From contig NC_043013.1 in NCBI RefSeq assembly GCF_006345805.1, positions 2,418,001 through 2,482,000 of the forward strand: DNA of 64,000 bases, written 5' to 3'. The position numbers were made by a program, and so were the translations under genes. Below, one piece after another: positions 27,045 through 40,782 of the stretch. This stretch comes from Octopus sinensis. Lineage: Eukaryota. The notes under the pieces are model-generated. The model had not been told where the DNA came from, searched no databases, and saw only the letters and a list, made by a program, of their open reading frames with translations. How positions within the stretch are numbered: position 1 is the stretch's first letter; each line of letters opens with the position of its first letter.

Positions 27045-27640
27045 GGCGGCGATATGGCAGAACCGTTAACACGCCCGACGAAATGCTTAGCGGCATTTCT
27101 GTCCATCTTTACGTTGTGAGTTCAAATTCCGCCAAGGTCGACTTTGCCTTTCATTCTTTCTGGATTGATAAAATAAGTATCAGTTGAATTCTGGGGTTAA
27201 TGTATTCGAGTCATCCCCTCTCCCGAAATTACAGCCAGAATCGTTAGCAACGCCGAACAAAATGCTTAGCGGTATTTCGTCCGTCTTTACGTTCTGAGTG
27301 CAAATTACACAGAAATCGACTTTGCTTTTCAACCTTTTCGGGGCCGATAAAGTGAGTACCAGTAAAATTCTGGGGTCGACGTAATCGACCAGTCCCCTCC
27401 TCACAAATTTCAGACCTTGTGCTTTTAGTAGAAAAAATTATTATTATTATTTCATCATCATCATCATTAATACGTTATGGCAGAATCATTATTGCGCCGG
27501 GCAAAATGCTTAGCGGCATTTCCGCTGTCTACGTTGTGAGTTCAAATTCCACCGAGGTAGACTTCGCCTATAATCCCTTCGGAATTTATAAAAATAAGTA
27601 CTAGTTGAGTACTGGGGTCGATGTAATTGACTCATCTCCC
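27043..27640 (+). mobile_element. Tandem cluster of about three SINE family B copies
   Basis: Repeated AATGCTTAGCGG..TTTACGTT.TGAGTTCAAATTCC..GTCGACTTTGC..ATAAGTACCAGT units. Confidence 0.8.
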
Positions 27641-27699
27641 CTAAGCCTTCGTCATCTACATAGACATCACAGCAAACTGGCTGTAACCGAACAACGCAA

Positions 27700-28960
27700 C
27701 AACTATTTTATTTTTATTATTCACTAAGGATTTGTTCTTTACTCTCAGCTTTGGTCTTTCTTTCACATCCTTCTGCATTACTGATAACGAAACTTTCAGC
27801 TTCCTTCTCCAGCTCACAAATGATTGTTTTGCCATCCTTCACCAAGTCCAATGCCAACAGGATATGCCATTGTTGATTTTCGACATTTCACATCTGGTTG
27901 GAAGCATCATATACCATTGTCTCTATGTCTCGCTATTTGTCATTATTATCTTATGCCTTTCCCTCCTGTGTCCGCCCCGTATTTCCTCCACGATGCAACC
28001 ATCAATTCAGCACCCAAGACCGAAGTCAATCTATGCCATAAGATCAGAGAACTGCTTCGCTATCGCAAATATTGTTTGAGAACACGAACGATTCAAACCC
28101 ATCCTATACCTTCCACTCAGAATTTTCGATTTCAGGTTTCTTGCCCACCTCGTGGGAAACAACTGGGTGTGATTTGCACTGACGCTGCTGCAATATTGTT
28201 TTATTGAATCCCGTATTGATACTCAAAATTTGATAATTCCATTTGGCATATTTTTGTGTCGTCTGGCATCGACGACAATGTCAGCAGTGTCAGCTCGGCA
28301 GCCCTACCGCCTAATATCGGCCAGAGAGGGAAATACATCGTACTCTACTCTGATGAGGAATCGTAACCTGGCTGACTCCATTTTCCACAACACTCTCCAT
28401 CACAACTTCCTTTAATCCGTTGTCTTCCACACTACATTTGTCCAGTTCAGCTGTGGCATTATACAGTCCAATGTCTGTTAAGCATGGTAGAAAACCAAGC
28501 CATTCTTGAAGGAACTTTCTAGCAACACTCTCCATTCCTGTTAATAGTATTTCATGCGCTTCGAGTGGCCATAAGAGAGTCAGTAGAATGTCATATTAAC
28601 ACTTCTAATATCCCTATCAAACCACAATTATCGATGGCAGCAATAGTTTTATCTTGACTTCAATAATAATACTTCTCTTGGTACCATTTAAATACTGCAC
28701 AGATATGGCCAAGCCACTCAATTACCTGCTCCGTTGGAATCAGCTCCTCTATACGCAAACCTAAATATCTGCATTTATTTCATTTTATATTTTGCTTGAG
28801 TTCATGCACACATATTTCGTATGTGTTTGAAAGCATCTTCTGATGCTCTTAATATATTGTTCCACTCACCACTATAATTTATTCATTTAAGGTATTCTCA
28901 TTTCAGAAGTTTCGGCGTCGTTTCAATTTCTTCAGACGACGTTGGGTGATTTATGGCAAA
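27700..28960 (-). mobile_element. HERO/NeSL-like non-LTR retrotransposon with restriction-like endonuclease, heavily decayed 3' half
   Basis: Minus-strand fragments EELIPTEQVIEWLG, ILLTLLWPLEAHEI..MESVARKFLQEWLGFLP, ARLRFLIRVEYDVFPSL, ELMVASW (ELTVPW-type) and KTIICELEKEAES occur in the expected order. Confidence 0.65.
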
Positions 28961-29595
28961 GAACGCACAGCAGGACTTGGCTTTCATTCTTGTCTATTAT
29001 AAGTCTATTCACATCTTGGATACTTTAGAGGAATAATAAAATCGACGCCAGTACCTGACTGTTTTATCACAAACGATAATGATGAGAGCTTTCTTATCTA
29101 AGGGCTGTATGTGGAATACGACACCGATGCCTCTTCCACGTGGTTATTCGAGCTATGAGAAACAGCAGTCAGATCTTCAAACCACAATTTTCTATTTTAG
29201 TATGGACGGTAAAGAGAAAGAATACATTGGACAATATAGTCCAAGATAAACTGTGTTTGCACGAAAGAGGCAAGATGATCACAATTGGAATGGCTCTGAT
29301 CACAAGTCTGCTCGATCAAGTTTGACCAGAGACTAAACAACCTAACAATCTGTTCAGCTGTTTCTGCTAGTTTCTTGTTGCCACTGACCACCACAAGCAG
29401 AAATTGCTGATTCACAATAATTATCAAACCCCTCGTTTCTTCCCCTTCACCAATGGTTGATTCGGTCAGTTTATGTAATCTTCGTTTTCCTGTTGACTGG
29501 TTTAAGGAGTGGTGATGGAAAGGGAGCTAGACGACGAAAGATGGGGTTTATAGCAGTAGTCAGCCAATTCACAATTCGTGTGCGTGTGTAAGCGT

Positions 29596-29632
<37 letters not shown>

Positions 29633-29995
29633 TGTATATCATGTATTTATATAATAGACAAACCTCCAAACATCTCCAATAAGAATAACAAATTTGTACT
29701 CTACAAGAGTACAGAGTAACCCATCAGATTAATATAAAATTGTTTTCATTATAACTAAACGTAAAAACAAACACGTATATATATTACATTATACCCATAA
29801 ACACAGACACACACACATATATATGTTAGGTATTTACCCACACATACACATGCATGTTTAGAAACATTTGTTTATATTCATAAATATTTGGCAAATGAAA
29901 GACGGAAGATGGAATATACACAACGATCACTATGAAAGTGATTGTGCTTAATCAGTAAGCTACCGGGTGTAAACCATTCGTTTTATTGTCTATTA

Positions 29996-30046
<51 letters not shown>

Positions 30047-31440
30047 TGTGTGTGGATAAAAAGGTAAAGGTAGAAAATGCTAAAATAATTCTATAAAAAA
30101 CAATTCAGTACCGTGTTTTTTATTAAAATATTTTAGCCTTTACTTTTTTTTTTCCATATATATCAACTCGTGTGTTCCTTTTCAACCTTCTATATGTATA
30201 CATACATACATACATACATATATATATAATTTACATGTGTGTGTACACACAATGTACATCATTGTTTTGCGACGTATCCGGTATGTTTCTAAAAAAGAGT
30301 GCTGAACGGATTTTGTATTATATATATATATATATATACAGCGTATAGAACCCGTTAAACAAAATAGTATATTTATAAAAAGAGAAACGAGACATCACAA
30401 TAAATATTTGTCTTGGGTTTGATTTACGTATAAATAAAGAAATTATATATATCATATATGTATGTATTTATATTTACGAATGTATATACACATCGTTATA
30501 TTTGAGGATGGTCAACTCTGCCAATTAAACACACGCACTAAATATATATATATATATATACATACAAAAATACACACACACACACACACACACACATTCA
30601 AAAATTTAATAAAACTATCAAAAAATTTATCTCGAACCATAATAAAAATTCTCAAGAGACTGGAGGATGCGGTGAGGTTTTTCAGAAGATATTGTGAAAT
30701 TGTGAATGGACCGATGTAGTGAAAAATACGTTTGGTGTGTAAAGAGATGGTGTGGGGGGTGGGGGTGAGTATGTATGAAGGAGAGATGGAAGTGTGGGGG
30801 GTGGGGGTTGAAGAGAGCAATGAATGAAGAGAAAGACAAGGATAATTCAGTCTCTCCTTCTTCCTCCTCGCTGCTATCATCACCTACACCACACAATACA
30901 CCCACATAGGGTAGTTCGAGGTTTCAATTTTAAATAGCACGGACTTTGCATATATAATGTGTTGACTGGCAACTTAAGTTGAATTTACTGTCTCTCTCCC
31001 TTCCTTCCACCCTACGTCTCTTATTCTCCTGTCCTTCATCTCTCAGTCTCTCTCTCTCTCTCTCACTCTGTGTGTGTCTCTCTCTCTCTCTTCCTCTTCT
31101 ACATCTTCTAGCGTCAGTGTGGGTGTAAGGGTATGTGTCTGATGGCTGTGTGTTTCTGTTTTTGCACTTTAAATAGTAGTTGTAGTAGGATCAATGCGTG
31201 TGTGCGCACGTTCGAGCCGAGTGTGTGTATTAATGTGTGTGGAAATACGAGGTACATGTGAGTGTGCGCGCTACATGTATCAAATTTCATGTGTGTGTGT
31301 GTGTGTGCCGGTCTGTTGATAAATATGCATGGCTAAATACCTTCATGTGCTTATGTCTCCGGATAGTTCTGTGTTAAGTGAAATGTGTGTGCTCTAACGA
31401 TAAGTATATGTAGTTTTAAGAGAGATACATACATACACAA

Positions 31441-31489
<49 letters not shown>

Positions 31490-33482
31490 AGGAAAATCCG
31501 TTAACGTGTAGTGTGTATTTGTCTGATCTGTGTGTGTGTGTCCATGTGTGTGGATAAATTGATTTTTTTTTTATATGGCATTGTGCAAATGCGTTTAATC
31601 GTCTCCGAGTAGCTGTTTACGTGTGTGAATGTCTCCCTATCTAGACTAGAGTCTACTCACTTGAGTATGTCTGCGCTGTGTGTGTATGGCTGTGAGAATT
31701 TCTCTTGGTATGTGTCTCCGTGTCCATGAATGTACGAATGGGTAGCGCCAGGTTGTGTGGTGTTTGGTGAATCTGCTATGTCTCTCTTCTACGTCCATGT
31801 GTTTGTGTATGGTTAAGTAGATGTCTAGGTGTGTATGTACTATGTGAATGGTGTACATGTCTGCGATATGAGTCGGGTAGTTTTGGGTTGTGTGTGTGTC
31901 TGTGTGTTATCCGACTATAAGTATGAAGGAGATAGGTTTAAAAGAGAAGCTGAAAGGAATAAAAATTTAGAAAAATCAGCATTTTAAATTTTTCACACAC
32001 AGATACTACTACAAAGTTATAGTTTTGTATTGTCAAGAATTTGTGTACACAGACACACACGTGTGTGTGTATGTGTGTAAATGAGCTAAGTGAAATAACT
32101 CAATAGTGTGCGTGTGTGTATATATATATATATAATGAACACAAATATAGGTATATCAAGTAAATTTTTGATTTATTAAAACATATCTCTGTAGAGGATG
32201 TGTCTCAATTATCAAATGACAATTGAATACAGACGTCTACCTGTGGTAAGGTGTGTAGAAAGAAAAGAGATATTTTCATTCATCTTAGAAAATAAAATTT
32301 AACTAAATATTATCCGTACTGAATCTGAAGGACACACTCAAACACGCCGAAATACCGAAGGAATAAATAAATAGCTGTGTATAGATGCAAAGTGTAACGG
32401 GTGGATGCCAGGTCGTGTTTAGACAGACAATATACTACGTATGTGAGGTCATTTTTAGACAAATACCTAAATATGTACTTGGGGTGAGGGGGGAGCATTG
32501 CATATATATATACAAAATGTTGAGTCGTTTTAATATCTATAAACTTGTATATATGTAAGTATGTATGTATGCCTGTATTAATATATATACAACTATGTGG
32601 GTAAAGTACTGTGTATATAAGGATATATGGTTTCGTAAAGGAAAAAGTGAAAAGCCCACAAGGACCAAGCCATCGACACAACGTTTTCCTTCTGACCAAC
32701 CCAATGTTTTTTGTTTTACTTTTAAAATTTAATTTGACCAATGTGGTTAGTTTGTAAACATTTTGGTGAGTGACCAATTAAGACAATATGACCCATGTTT
32801 ACCATGGCACAATACCAATGGTTAATTCATGACACATGCTGCTCAAAACTTTAGGACAACTTGCTAAAAGTCTGGAGTAAATAATATATTAAACACATTT
32901 CAAATCTGCAGAACTAACGGAGAATAGCTAACGATCAGCGAAATAATATGAATTAGAAAAAATCAGAAAGAATTAGAGAAAATATCAGAAATATACTTTA
33001 AAAAAAGAAAAGTAAAAGAAATTATAAAAGGTAAAAATTAAAGCAATATTGAATTAATCAACAAGGAAATGATTTTAAAATAACAGAAATAGTAAAAAAA
33101 AAATCGGATAAAAGATAAATGATCGAAATTATGTAAGAAATAAAGAAAATAGTGTTTTGTTTTTTTAAGGAAAGAAACGGTAAAAAAATCAACAGGAAAG
33201 TATGAAAAAATGAAGAATGAAGAATTCAACAAGGAAAATGGTAAGAAGAATAGAGTAACAGTAAAAAAAGACCAACAGAAGAAAAATTATTTGAAAATGA
33301 GAAAAGGCATGTTTGATAAAAAGCTAGTGATGGCAAAAGTATTTGCAGAGCAACATTAGAAGTTATATCATTAATAAAACACGTGTTCATATTATTAGCA
33401 ATCAGTGAGTGGTTTCTGGTCAGAAGTGTCTCTGGCCAAACTGACCTTTGAGACATATGTGGATATGTTTGAATGTGTGGTG

Positions 33483-33521
<39 letters not shown>

Positions 33522-33937
33522 GGGGGGGGGAAAGACTTTCGTAGTAAAGACAATTATTCACTTGACCTCCACTATGTATGTGTGTGTGTGTGTGTGTACA
33601 TACATACATATATGTGCGTGTCTGAGTAGGAATACATGTGTGTATATATACTTAGTATATATAATGTATATACATAAGATATATAACTATATATATATTA
33701 TATTATATAAAGAAATCATGCATGCAGTACACCAACAAAACAGCAGTGGTACAAAATACAAACGGCTATTATACATATATACATAGTTATGGACAGGTGG
33801 TTGCCGATCACCAAGTATATACATATATGTATACACACACACATACATGCATACATACATAAACTGTATACATATATATATATACATATATAAATATTAT
33901 ATATATATACACATAAGTTAAACAGATCTACCCTTAC

Positions 33938-35113
33938 CTTGAAGCTGCTGGGTGAAGGGGGGTCAACTGGTTTGGCGGCCGTGCGTTTATAAAGAAGCGC
34001 ATGGCATAGTCTTTCGGCATCTGTTTTGGTGATGAGTCCACAACTGGCCGTCCTACATGGTAAAATCCCAGCTGCAACGAATGTTTCCAGTTGTTCAGGG
34101 CTACATCGAGCACAGAAGATATGAAGTTCGTCACAGACGGAGTTGATTTGAGTCAAGTTGAAATGTCTGAGGACTGAATTGAGGATTTGGGGTAAACACA
34201 GACGTTTTTCACCACCGATAATGAAACAAGCAATCCTTTCATTTTCTAAAATAGTTTCCGAACGTTCAGCATAAGAATCGTAAGGTGTAAAGACAGGCAT
34301 CTGTTGGATGGGATAAGGAGGTGGAGATCTGAATGGATCAAATTCCAAACCTTTTTCTGAAGGTAGCTTGGTGCTGTTACTACTACCACTAGCACTGCTA
34401 CTGCTGGTGGAGTTGACGACGTTTGCCGACGAAGCAGTAGCGACAACGCTACTCATGGCCTTACTCCGATGGGTTCGATACACAAAGACCTCTTCGTCGT
34501 CGAAGCCAGAAGGCCTGGACGGAGGTCTGGTTCCAGACACAACCACAGCCGGGGTAGACGTGGCCGCGGGCACAACTCCAGCCTCACCGGCGGCCACTGG
34601 TGGGGAGAGAGGAGAACTTGCACGGCTGCTTCTATTACTGCTGGTACTCCCACTGGTACTTCCAGCTCCTCTGTCGCCGCCGCCGACGCCGCCGCTGCTG
34701 CTGTTGTTGTTCTTGTTGCTGTTGTAGATTTTGCTGCTGCTACTACTACTATTGCTGTCTTTCTCGTTGTGGTGGTAGTGGTTGTTATTGCTGTTGTTGG
34801 TAGTGGTAGTACTCGGATTACTACAAATAACAGCAGTACTACCACCACTACTACTAGTCGTCAAGGTGGGAGAGATCTCGCCCGGGTGGTGGAGATTCTG
34901 GTGTGGTCCCACCGAATACAATTCGACCAAGGTGGGTGATGTAGTAGTCAGCAGCCCCCCACCGTCGTCGCCTCCAGCCAGGCTGGTGTCGTAGGGGTCA
35001 GTTGACCCTACAATAGCATCTGGACCGCACAAACTTCTGATGGCACTGTTCTGATAGTGTTTCAGCACCCTTTGGATGTGAGGGCTCACACGGTGGGATG
35101 GACGCAATGCCAT
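33938..35113 (-). CDS. ski: Ski/SnoN-family transcriptional co-repressor, first coding exon (392 codons, ends phase 0)
   Basis: Translation contains [58 protein letters not shown]...[18 protein letters not shown], closely matching the Ski/Sno Dachshund-homology domain. N-terminal [21 protein letters not shown] aligns by eye with the Ski R-Smad-binding motif. Exon ends TTCAAG|GTAAGG (donor at 33937); the ORF-track continuation to 33716 runs into (TA)n. Confidence 0.95.
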
Positions 35114-37189
35114 CCACCGGCTAGAGTTAAAAATTCAATAGAAATCCAGTCTACCAATTAAGACCACAGCTTCGTTAGCAGCGTACCGGGTTCGGATTTC
35201 GGGTGGGGTTTTAGTATTCGCTCGCTATAGTACTGTTTAGTTGGTAATGGTGTGTTGTTAGTGGCCTTCCTTTAGTCCTACTGACGAAGTGGTAGTCTTT
35301 TAGTTTGTTGTTCTTGTTAGCGGTGTTGAAGTTGGTATCGTAGTAGTTGCTCAGTTGGTGCTCGTACTAGTTTTAAGTATTAGTGTTGCCGTTCAGACGA
35401 TCTGTTTAAGCGTGTGTGTGTGTGTGTGTGTGTGGCTGAGTCTTCTTCTTTCTTGTATAATGACTACTGTTGTTTTTGTTGCAGTTACTGCTGTTGTTGC
35501 TACTTGCCAGTCGGACTGACTGAAGATCGTAGACGAGAACGAGAGAGAGAGAGAGAGAGAGAGAGAGGTAGACAGAGACGGGAAGGGAGACACAGGCAGA
35601 CAGAGACGGGAAGGGGTGGCAGAACGGTGAGGCAGACAGAAAGGGAGAGGGACATAGAGAGAGATATATATGAGTGTGTGTGTATGTTGAGATAGAGAGG
35701 GAGATAGATAGATAGGGAGATAGATAGGGAGGGAGATAGGCAGAGAGGAAGGGAGATCTGCAGCCAGACAGAAGGGATAGTCAGCCAGAGTGAGTGAGTG
35801 AGAAGAAAGAGAGTGAAAGAGAAAGGAGGGTAGGTAGACAAACAGGGAGTGGAAGGACAGACAGAGATAAGTCGAGACACAGAAAGAGAAGACAGGCTTG
35901 AATAAACAGACAGAGAGAGTTAAGACACAAATAGATGGTAGACAAAGTGGTGGTGGTGGTGGTGCGGGGGGGTAAAAGCTAACAAAGAGAGGAGATGTAG
36001 ACTGACAGACGGAGGGGAAAAGGAAGAGAAGGAGTAGAGGCTTAGTCAGAGTGAGAAAGATATAGCGGGGGGGATAGACTGAGGGAGGCGGTATGCAGAC
36101 AGAAAGAAAAAGAAAGAGGAGACTAAGATAAACAGATAGATATAGAGAGGGGAGGAAGAAAGAGAAAAGAAGGAGAGTAGACAGAGGTAGTAAGTAGACA
36201 GACAGAGAGAGTAGAGTCTATGTGAGATAGACAGAAAGAGAAAAAAGAGTAAGAAGGCTCTTAAAACTCGTGTACAACTTCCCTCACTCACTTTCTACTC
36301 TTCCTTTCTCCATATCGGTTTATCTACACTCACACTCACCTCTACGCACTCATATTTCTCTCTACTATACACACATATACTGTCTGGATTGCAGCGTGTG
36401 TGTAAAATGTTAATTAGTTTATCGTTTTAATTATTTTTTTTAGTAATATCTTTGTTGGTTTGGTGTCTCGGTTGGTTGTTAGTCCTTGTTGCTGTAGTTG
36501 CTCTCATGTATTTGTTGCTTGGTAGATGTTGTAATTGTGTTGGCTACTACTAGAGTTACTGATGTTATTTAATTCCAAGCCAGTCCCCTGATATGTTATA
36601 GCTGTGACCTCGTCATTTTGTAATGTAGGGCTATATGGTCCAGTGTAAAAAAAACACCCACAAAAGACAATAATAGTGAGGCACGATTTAATGGAATTTC
36701 GTAGTAATTCTTGTAAGCCGAGCGACTTACAGGCTCCTTTGGTTGCCGGTACAATTAAAACTTCCATCTAAATACTTGTTAGTACTGTTTGTGAGTGAGC
36801 GATGTCTGGTGCCTCGATGTCCGTGTGCGCTCGTAGAATTGTTTTTAACAATTGTACAAGACTTGTACATATCAATATAGTGTCGTTGCTATAACAAGTC
36901 ATAGATTCTACTAATTTGTCAAATATTACTCCAATACACTTGTTTGAGTATTTATAGGGATATATAAAGATACTGAATTATATGTTTAACGGTATGGATG
37001 TAGATGATCCTAGTTAAATTATAAAGTCAATCGAGATATTACAACAAAAATTGGGTCATCTTAATTCATTTCTCCAAATTCTTAATGTAGTGATCAGTAA
37101 TTTCTTTATAACAAATTTGCCATCATGTATTAAACTTGTGGGTCGCTAATGTAAAGTACTACTTAAGTACTGGATTCAATTTCATAGAT

Positions 37190-38100
37190 TGTGCTATTGC
37201 CCAAAGTTTAAGGTTTTGTGCCTAATTGAGAAATGTTTACCAAAGATGGTGAATGTGTTACGTCGCATATTACCACTTGAACCTTGTGCCCTGGTCCAGT
37301 TTCCTCTGGCCGGATTGAAGCATCTGTTCTTTAGTTTCTTGTGGAAGAGATGCGTCTCACGGTGGCCAACATCCTGTGTTTGGAAGGCTGTGTGTGCCGT
37401 GTTTGATGATGCAAGCTGAATCTGTGATTTAGCAGAGAACTCACGAGAGCGAACATATGTCGTTTCCGTTTGTCAGACATGTCTTTCTACAGTCTGTCTC
37501 CGTGACACTGCTGCAATCCTATGACAAACAACGATCAAAATTGAGTTTGAGGCATCTAAAATGTTGTCAGGCTCAAACAGCCCTCCACTTGTTGAACAAC
37601 GCGACCTGTGGAACTTCCATATCAGTTTTCTAAAGAGGTTTAGTGGTGAATAAGAGAGATAAAGTTATCGAAGATATTCTGAGTATTAACGAAAATGAAC
37701 TGTCTCGTCAGTGCCAGAGGACTTTTAGATCGTTGACTTTGGCTAATATCTAGACATTCCTAGACCAGCATTGATACCAAGAAACATTGCCGGCTCGAGA
37801 TATCTCTACAGGAATGGAAGGGTTGTCAGTTGGGCCTGCTTGCAGAGCGTTGTAACCCTTCTGGACGCACACGTAAACTATCCTGCCTTGTGAGATTATG
37901 TCGAACAGCTATCATTATGTGCAAGACGTTTACAGCAACCAGCTGAACCTACCGCCGCCTTCGGCGCTAGTTTTTTCTCTGTTTACTAAGGCGAACTAGG
38001 ACGGAAAGCAGATGCTTTCTTCTTTTGGCTTAGATTTTTTTCAAGTTCCATTTGGAGAGGAAGACCAATGAAGGGCTACTTTACAATAAATTTATTGCGA
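37190..38100 (+). mobile_element. Tx1/L1-like LINE 3' remnant
   Basis: Fragments LKHLFFSFLWKRCV, YVEQL and FFKFHLERK in the order typical of Tx1-type ORF2 C-termini; decayed. Confidence 0.55.
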
Positions 38101-38723
38101 ACGGGTGACGTTGTCGAGTATGACCCGAATCCAAGATCCTATTCGCAGCCTGCATCTCGTAGGCCAAGGGAGAGAACCCTCACCCTTGGTACTCACTGTA
38201 ATTCTGGTTTTGTACTTTTCCTTCATAGACTCGAAATGGTTTTGTATCCAACTCTGTGAGACCTTTCTCTATTTGGCATTGTAATATTTGTTGTTGTTGT
38301 TCTTGCTATGGTGGTGGCACCTTCTTTTCACTCGATGTAACCCCTTACTGTTTTCTTTTTCGCCCTAGTACTGTCCCCAACTTCTTGGGGATCTTGGGGC
38401 CAATAAAAGAAACCGTTATCAGTTTCTTTTCCAGCTTAAAAACGAGATGGACGAAAGTGATGGTATGTATGGTTGAGTTTTAGAGGCTTTTTGATATGGT
38501 GATAGAGGTGGTAGTGGCGGTAATGGTGGTGGTGGTGGTGGTGGTAGTGGTGGTGGTGGTGGTGGTGGTGGTGGTGGTGTAGCTGTGTTGGTGTTTGAGC
38601 TGTGATTGTAGTTGTTTCTGTTGTTAGAAATAGTGTTGTTTCACTGCCGATTCCTTTCTGTCTTTGGCAAGATTCCAACCTAATTCACATACACTGCTGC
38701 ATTCACACGAGCAAGTGCATCAG

Positions 38724-38755
<32 letters not shown>

Positions 38756-38804
38756 CGTTCAGATATTACTATAGTTGAGGTTATATACACAAAAATGTAT
38801 ATCA

Positions 38805-38837
<33 letters not shown>

Positions 38838-39086
38838 AATATTACACACATATATATACACAAACACATAGTGTACTAGTGTTCATAAACACAGACACAT
38901 GCATACAATAATTTCATTATATATTTTGTATGTGTGTGTGCGTGTGTATGCAAGTACACGCATCAGTTCATAAAATGCGTATGCGGGTGCTTACACAACT
39001 ACCTGTATAGTTTCGTACCCATACCACACTTGTATATACCCCTAAGTTCTGTCAGACAGCTTACATGTGTGTTATAAGCACACGCG

Positions 39087-39131
<45 letters not shown>

Positions 39132-39208
39132 TACCAACATTACAATGTGGCCTGTTGAATTTCTGTGTGATTGTACAGATAATCTACGATATAGCGCGTA
39201 TATAGATC

Positions 39209-39263
<55 letters not shown>

Positions 39264-39586
39264 TGGGGCTACGTCGGTTACGACGAGTGTTCGAGTTGAA
39301 CCGATCAACGGTACAGCCTGCTCGCGAAAGTGGCTGAGCACTCCACAGACACGCGTATCCTTAGCGTATAGTTCTCTGAGATTCAGCGAGTCACAATGTG
39401 ACAAATACAGGTACTACACATTTTTACCATGTACATACATACATCTATGAGTAAGTGTATACGTGTGTATATATGTGTGAGTGTATACACCCGTCTACAC
39501 TACTTATTTTATCTTATTCGCTGAACAATTTTTCAGTTTATTCACTATTTACACTGAGAGAAAGAGAGAGGGAGAGAGACAGAGAT

Positions 39587-39620
<34 letters not shown>

Positions 39621-39633
39621 ACGACAGACAGAC

Positions 39634-39711
<78 letters not shown>

Positions 39712-40041
39712 GTAGATCTCTGCGCGCCGCGTGTGCGTGTGTGTACAGACTACACTTCACCGTACCACTCCACTGCACCATCCATCCTGCCGGTTCCGTC
39801 TGATGACCGGCCGCCTTCTCTTGAGTAGTCTGTCTAAAACTGCCTTGTCTTCACTACGCTAACTCACATTCTATCACTACTCTACACTCACATATATGTT
39901 CTTCTCGTTAAATACATAGCCACTCAATTGTCTCTCTTTCTCTGTCTCTGTCTGTCTGTCTCTCTTTCTCTGTAAACCATTTTAATCGCTGTTCTTCCAC
40001 ACACACATACATAAATGCGTATGTGTGTGTATTTTTACACG

Positions 40042-40072
<31 letters not shown>

Positions 40073-40306
40073 CCACAATTTCATATGACACCGCTAGAAA
40101 AACTGTCGTTCAAACCGAAAAGATCCTATATATATATATATATGCATATATATGTGTGTGTATAGAGCAAGGCGGAATCATTAGAATCTGAGGTGGTCTA
40201 GTATTAAAACATGCAATGAGTACCCTCTTTTTCTGTCACATATACCAAATGTATGTGTGTGTGTTTAAATATAATTTGTAATTGTCTGTAGACAGGTAGA
40301 TAAGAT

Positions 40307-40348
<42 letters not shown>

Positions 40349-40539
40349 GAGAGAGAGTGAAGTACGTTGTTTGACACACACACACACACACATATACACA
40401 CACGTGTCTAACACCCTCTTCTACTTCAACCTTCTGTCTCCATACTTTTGCTCACATATAGTTATGTACGTTTTCATTGCTGTTTTTTTTTCTCTCCTAC
40501 ACATCACTGCTTCAACTTAGACACTCAGACACGCACTGA

Positions 40540-40577
<38 letters not shown>

Positions 40578-40666
40578 CAAACATACACACACCTACGCAC
40601 AATAGCCTGTTTATTACAGCACAATTCTGTTTTCCGCACATACATGTATCGGTATATAGAAGCGTG

Positions 40667-40729
<63 letters not shown>

Positions 40730-40745
40730 ATTTATATATATATAC

Positions 40746-40782
<37 letters not shown>

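Noticed and set aside
29140-29427. Possible APE endonuclease remnant (FILDYIV)
   Set aside because: Single weak motif.
29426-29549. Imperfect hairpin (AAACCCC...GGGGTTT)
   Set aside because: Pairing is patchy and compatible with chance in purine/pyrimidine-skewed sequence.
33716-33937. C-terminal 73 codons of the 465-aa ORF
   Set aside because: Lie beyond a canonical splice donor and translate (TA)n/(TG)n repeats.
34368-34994. Several plus-strand ORFs (119-156 aa) antisense to ski exon 1
   Set aside because: By-products of GC-rich triplet repeats in the ski coding strand; poly-L/V/C content and no domain.
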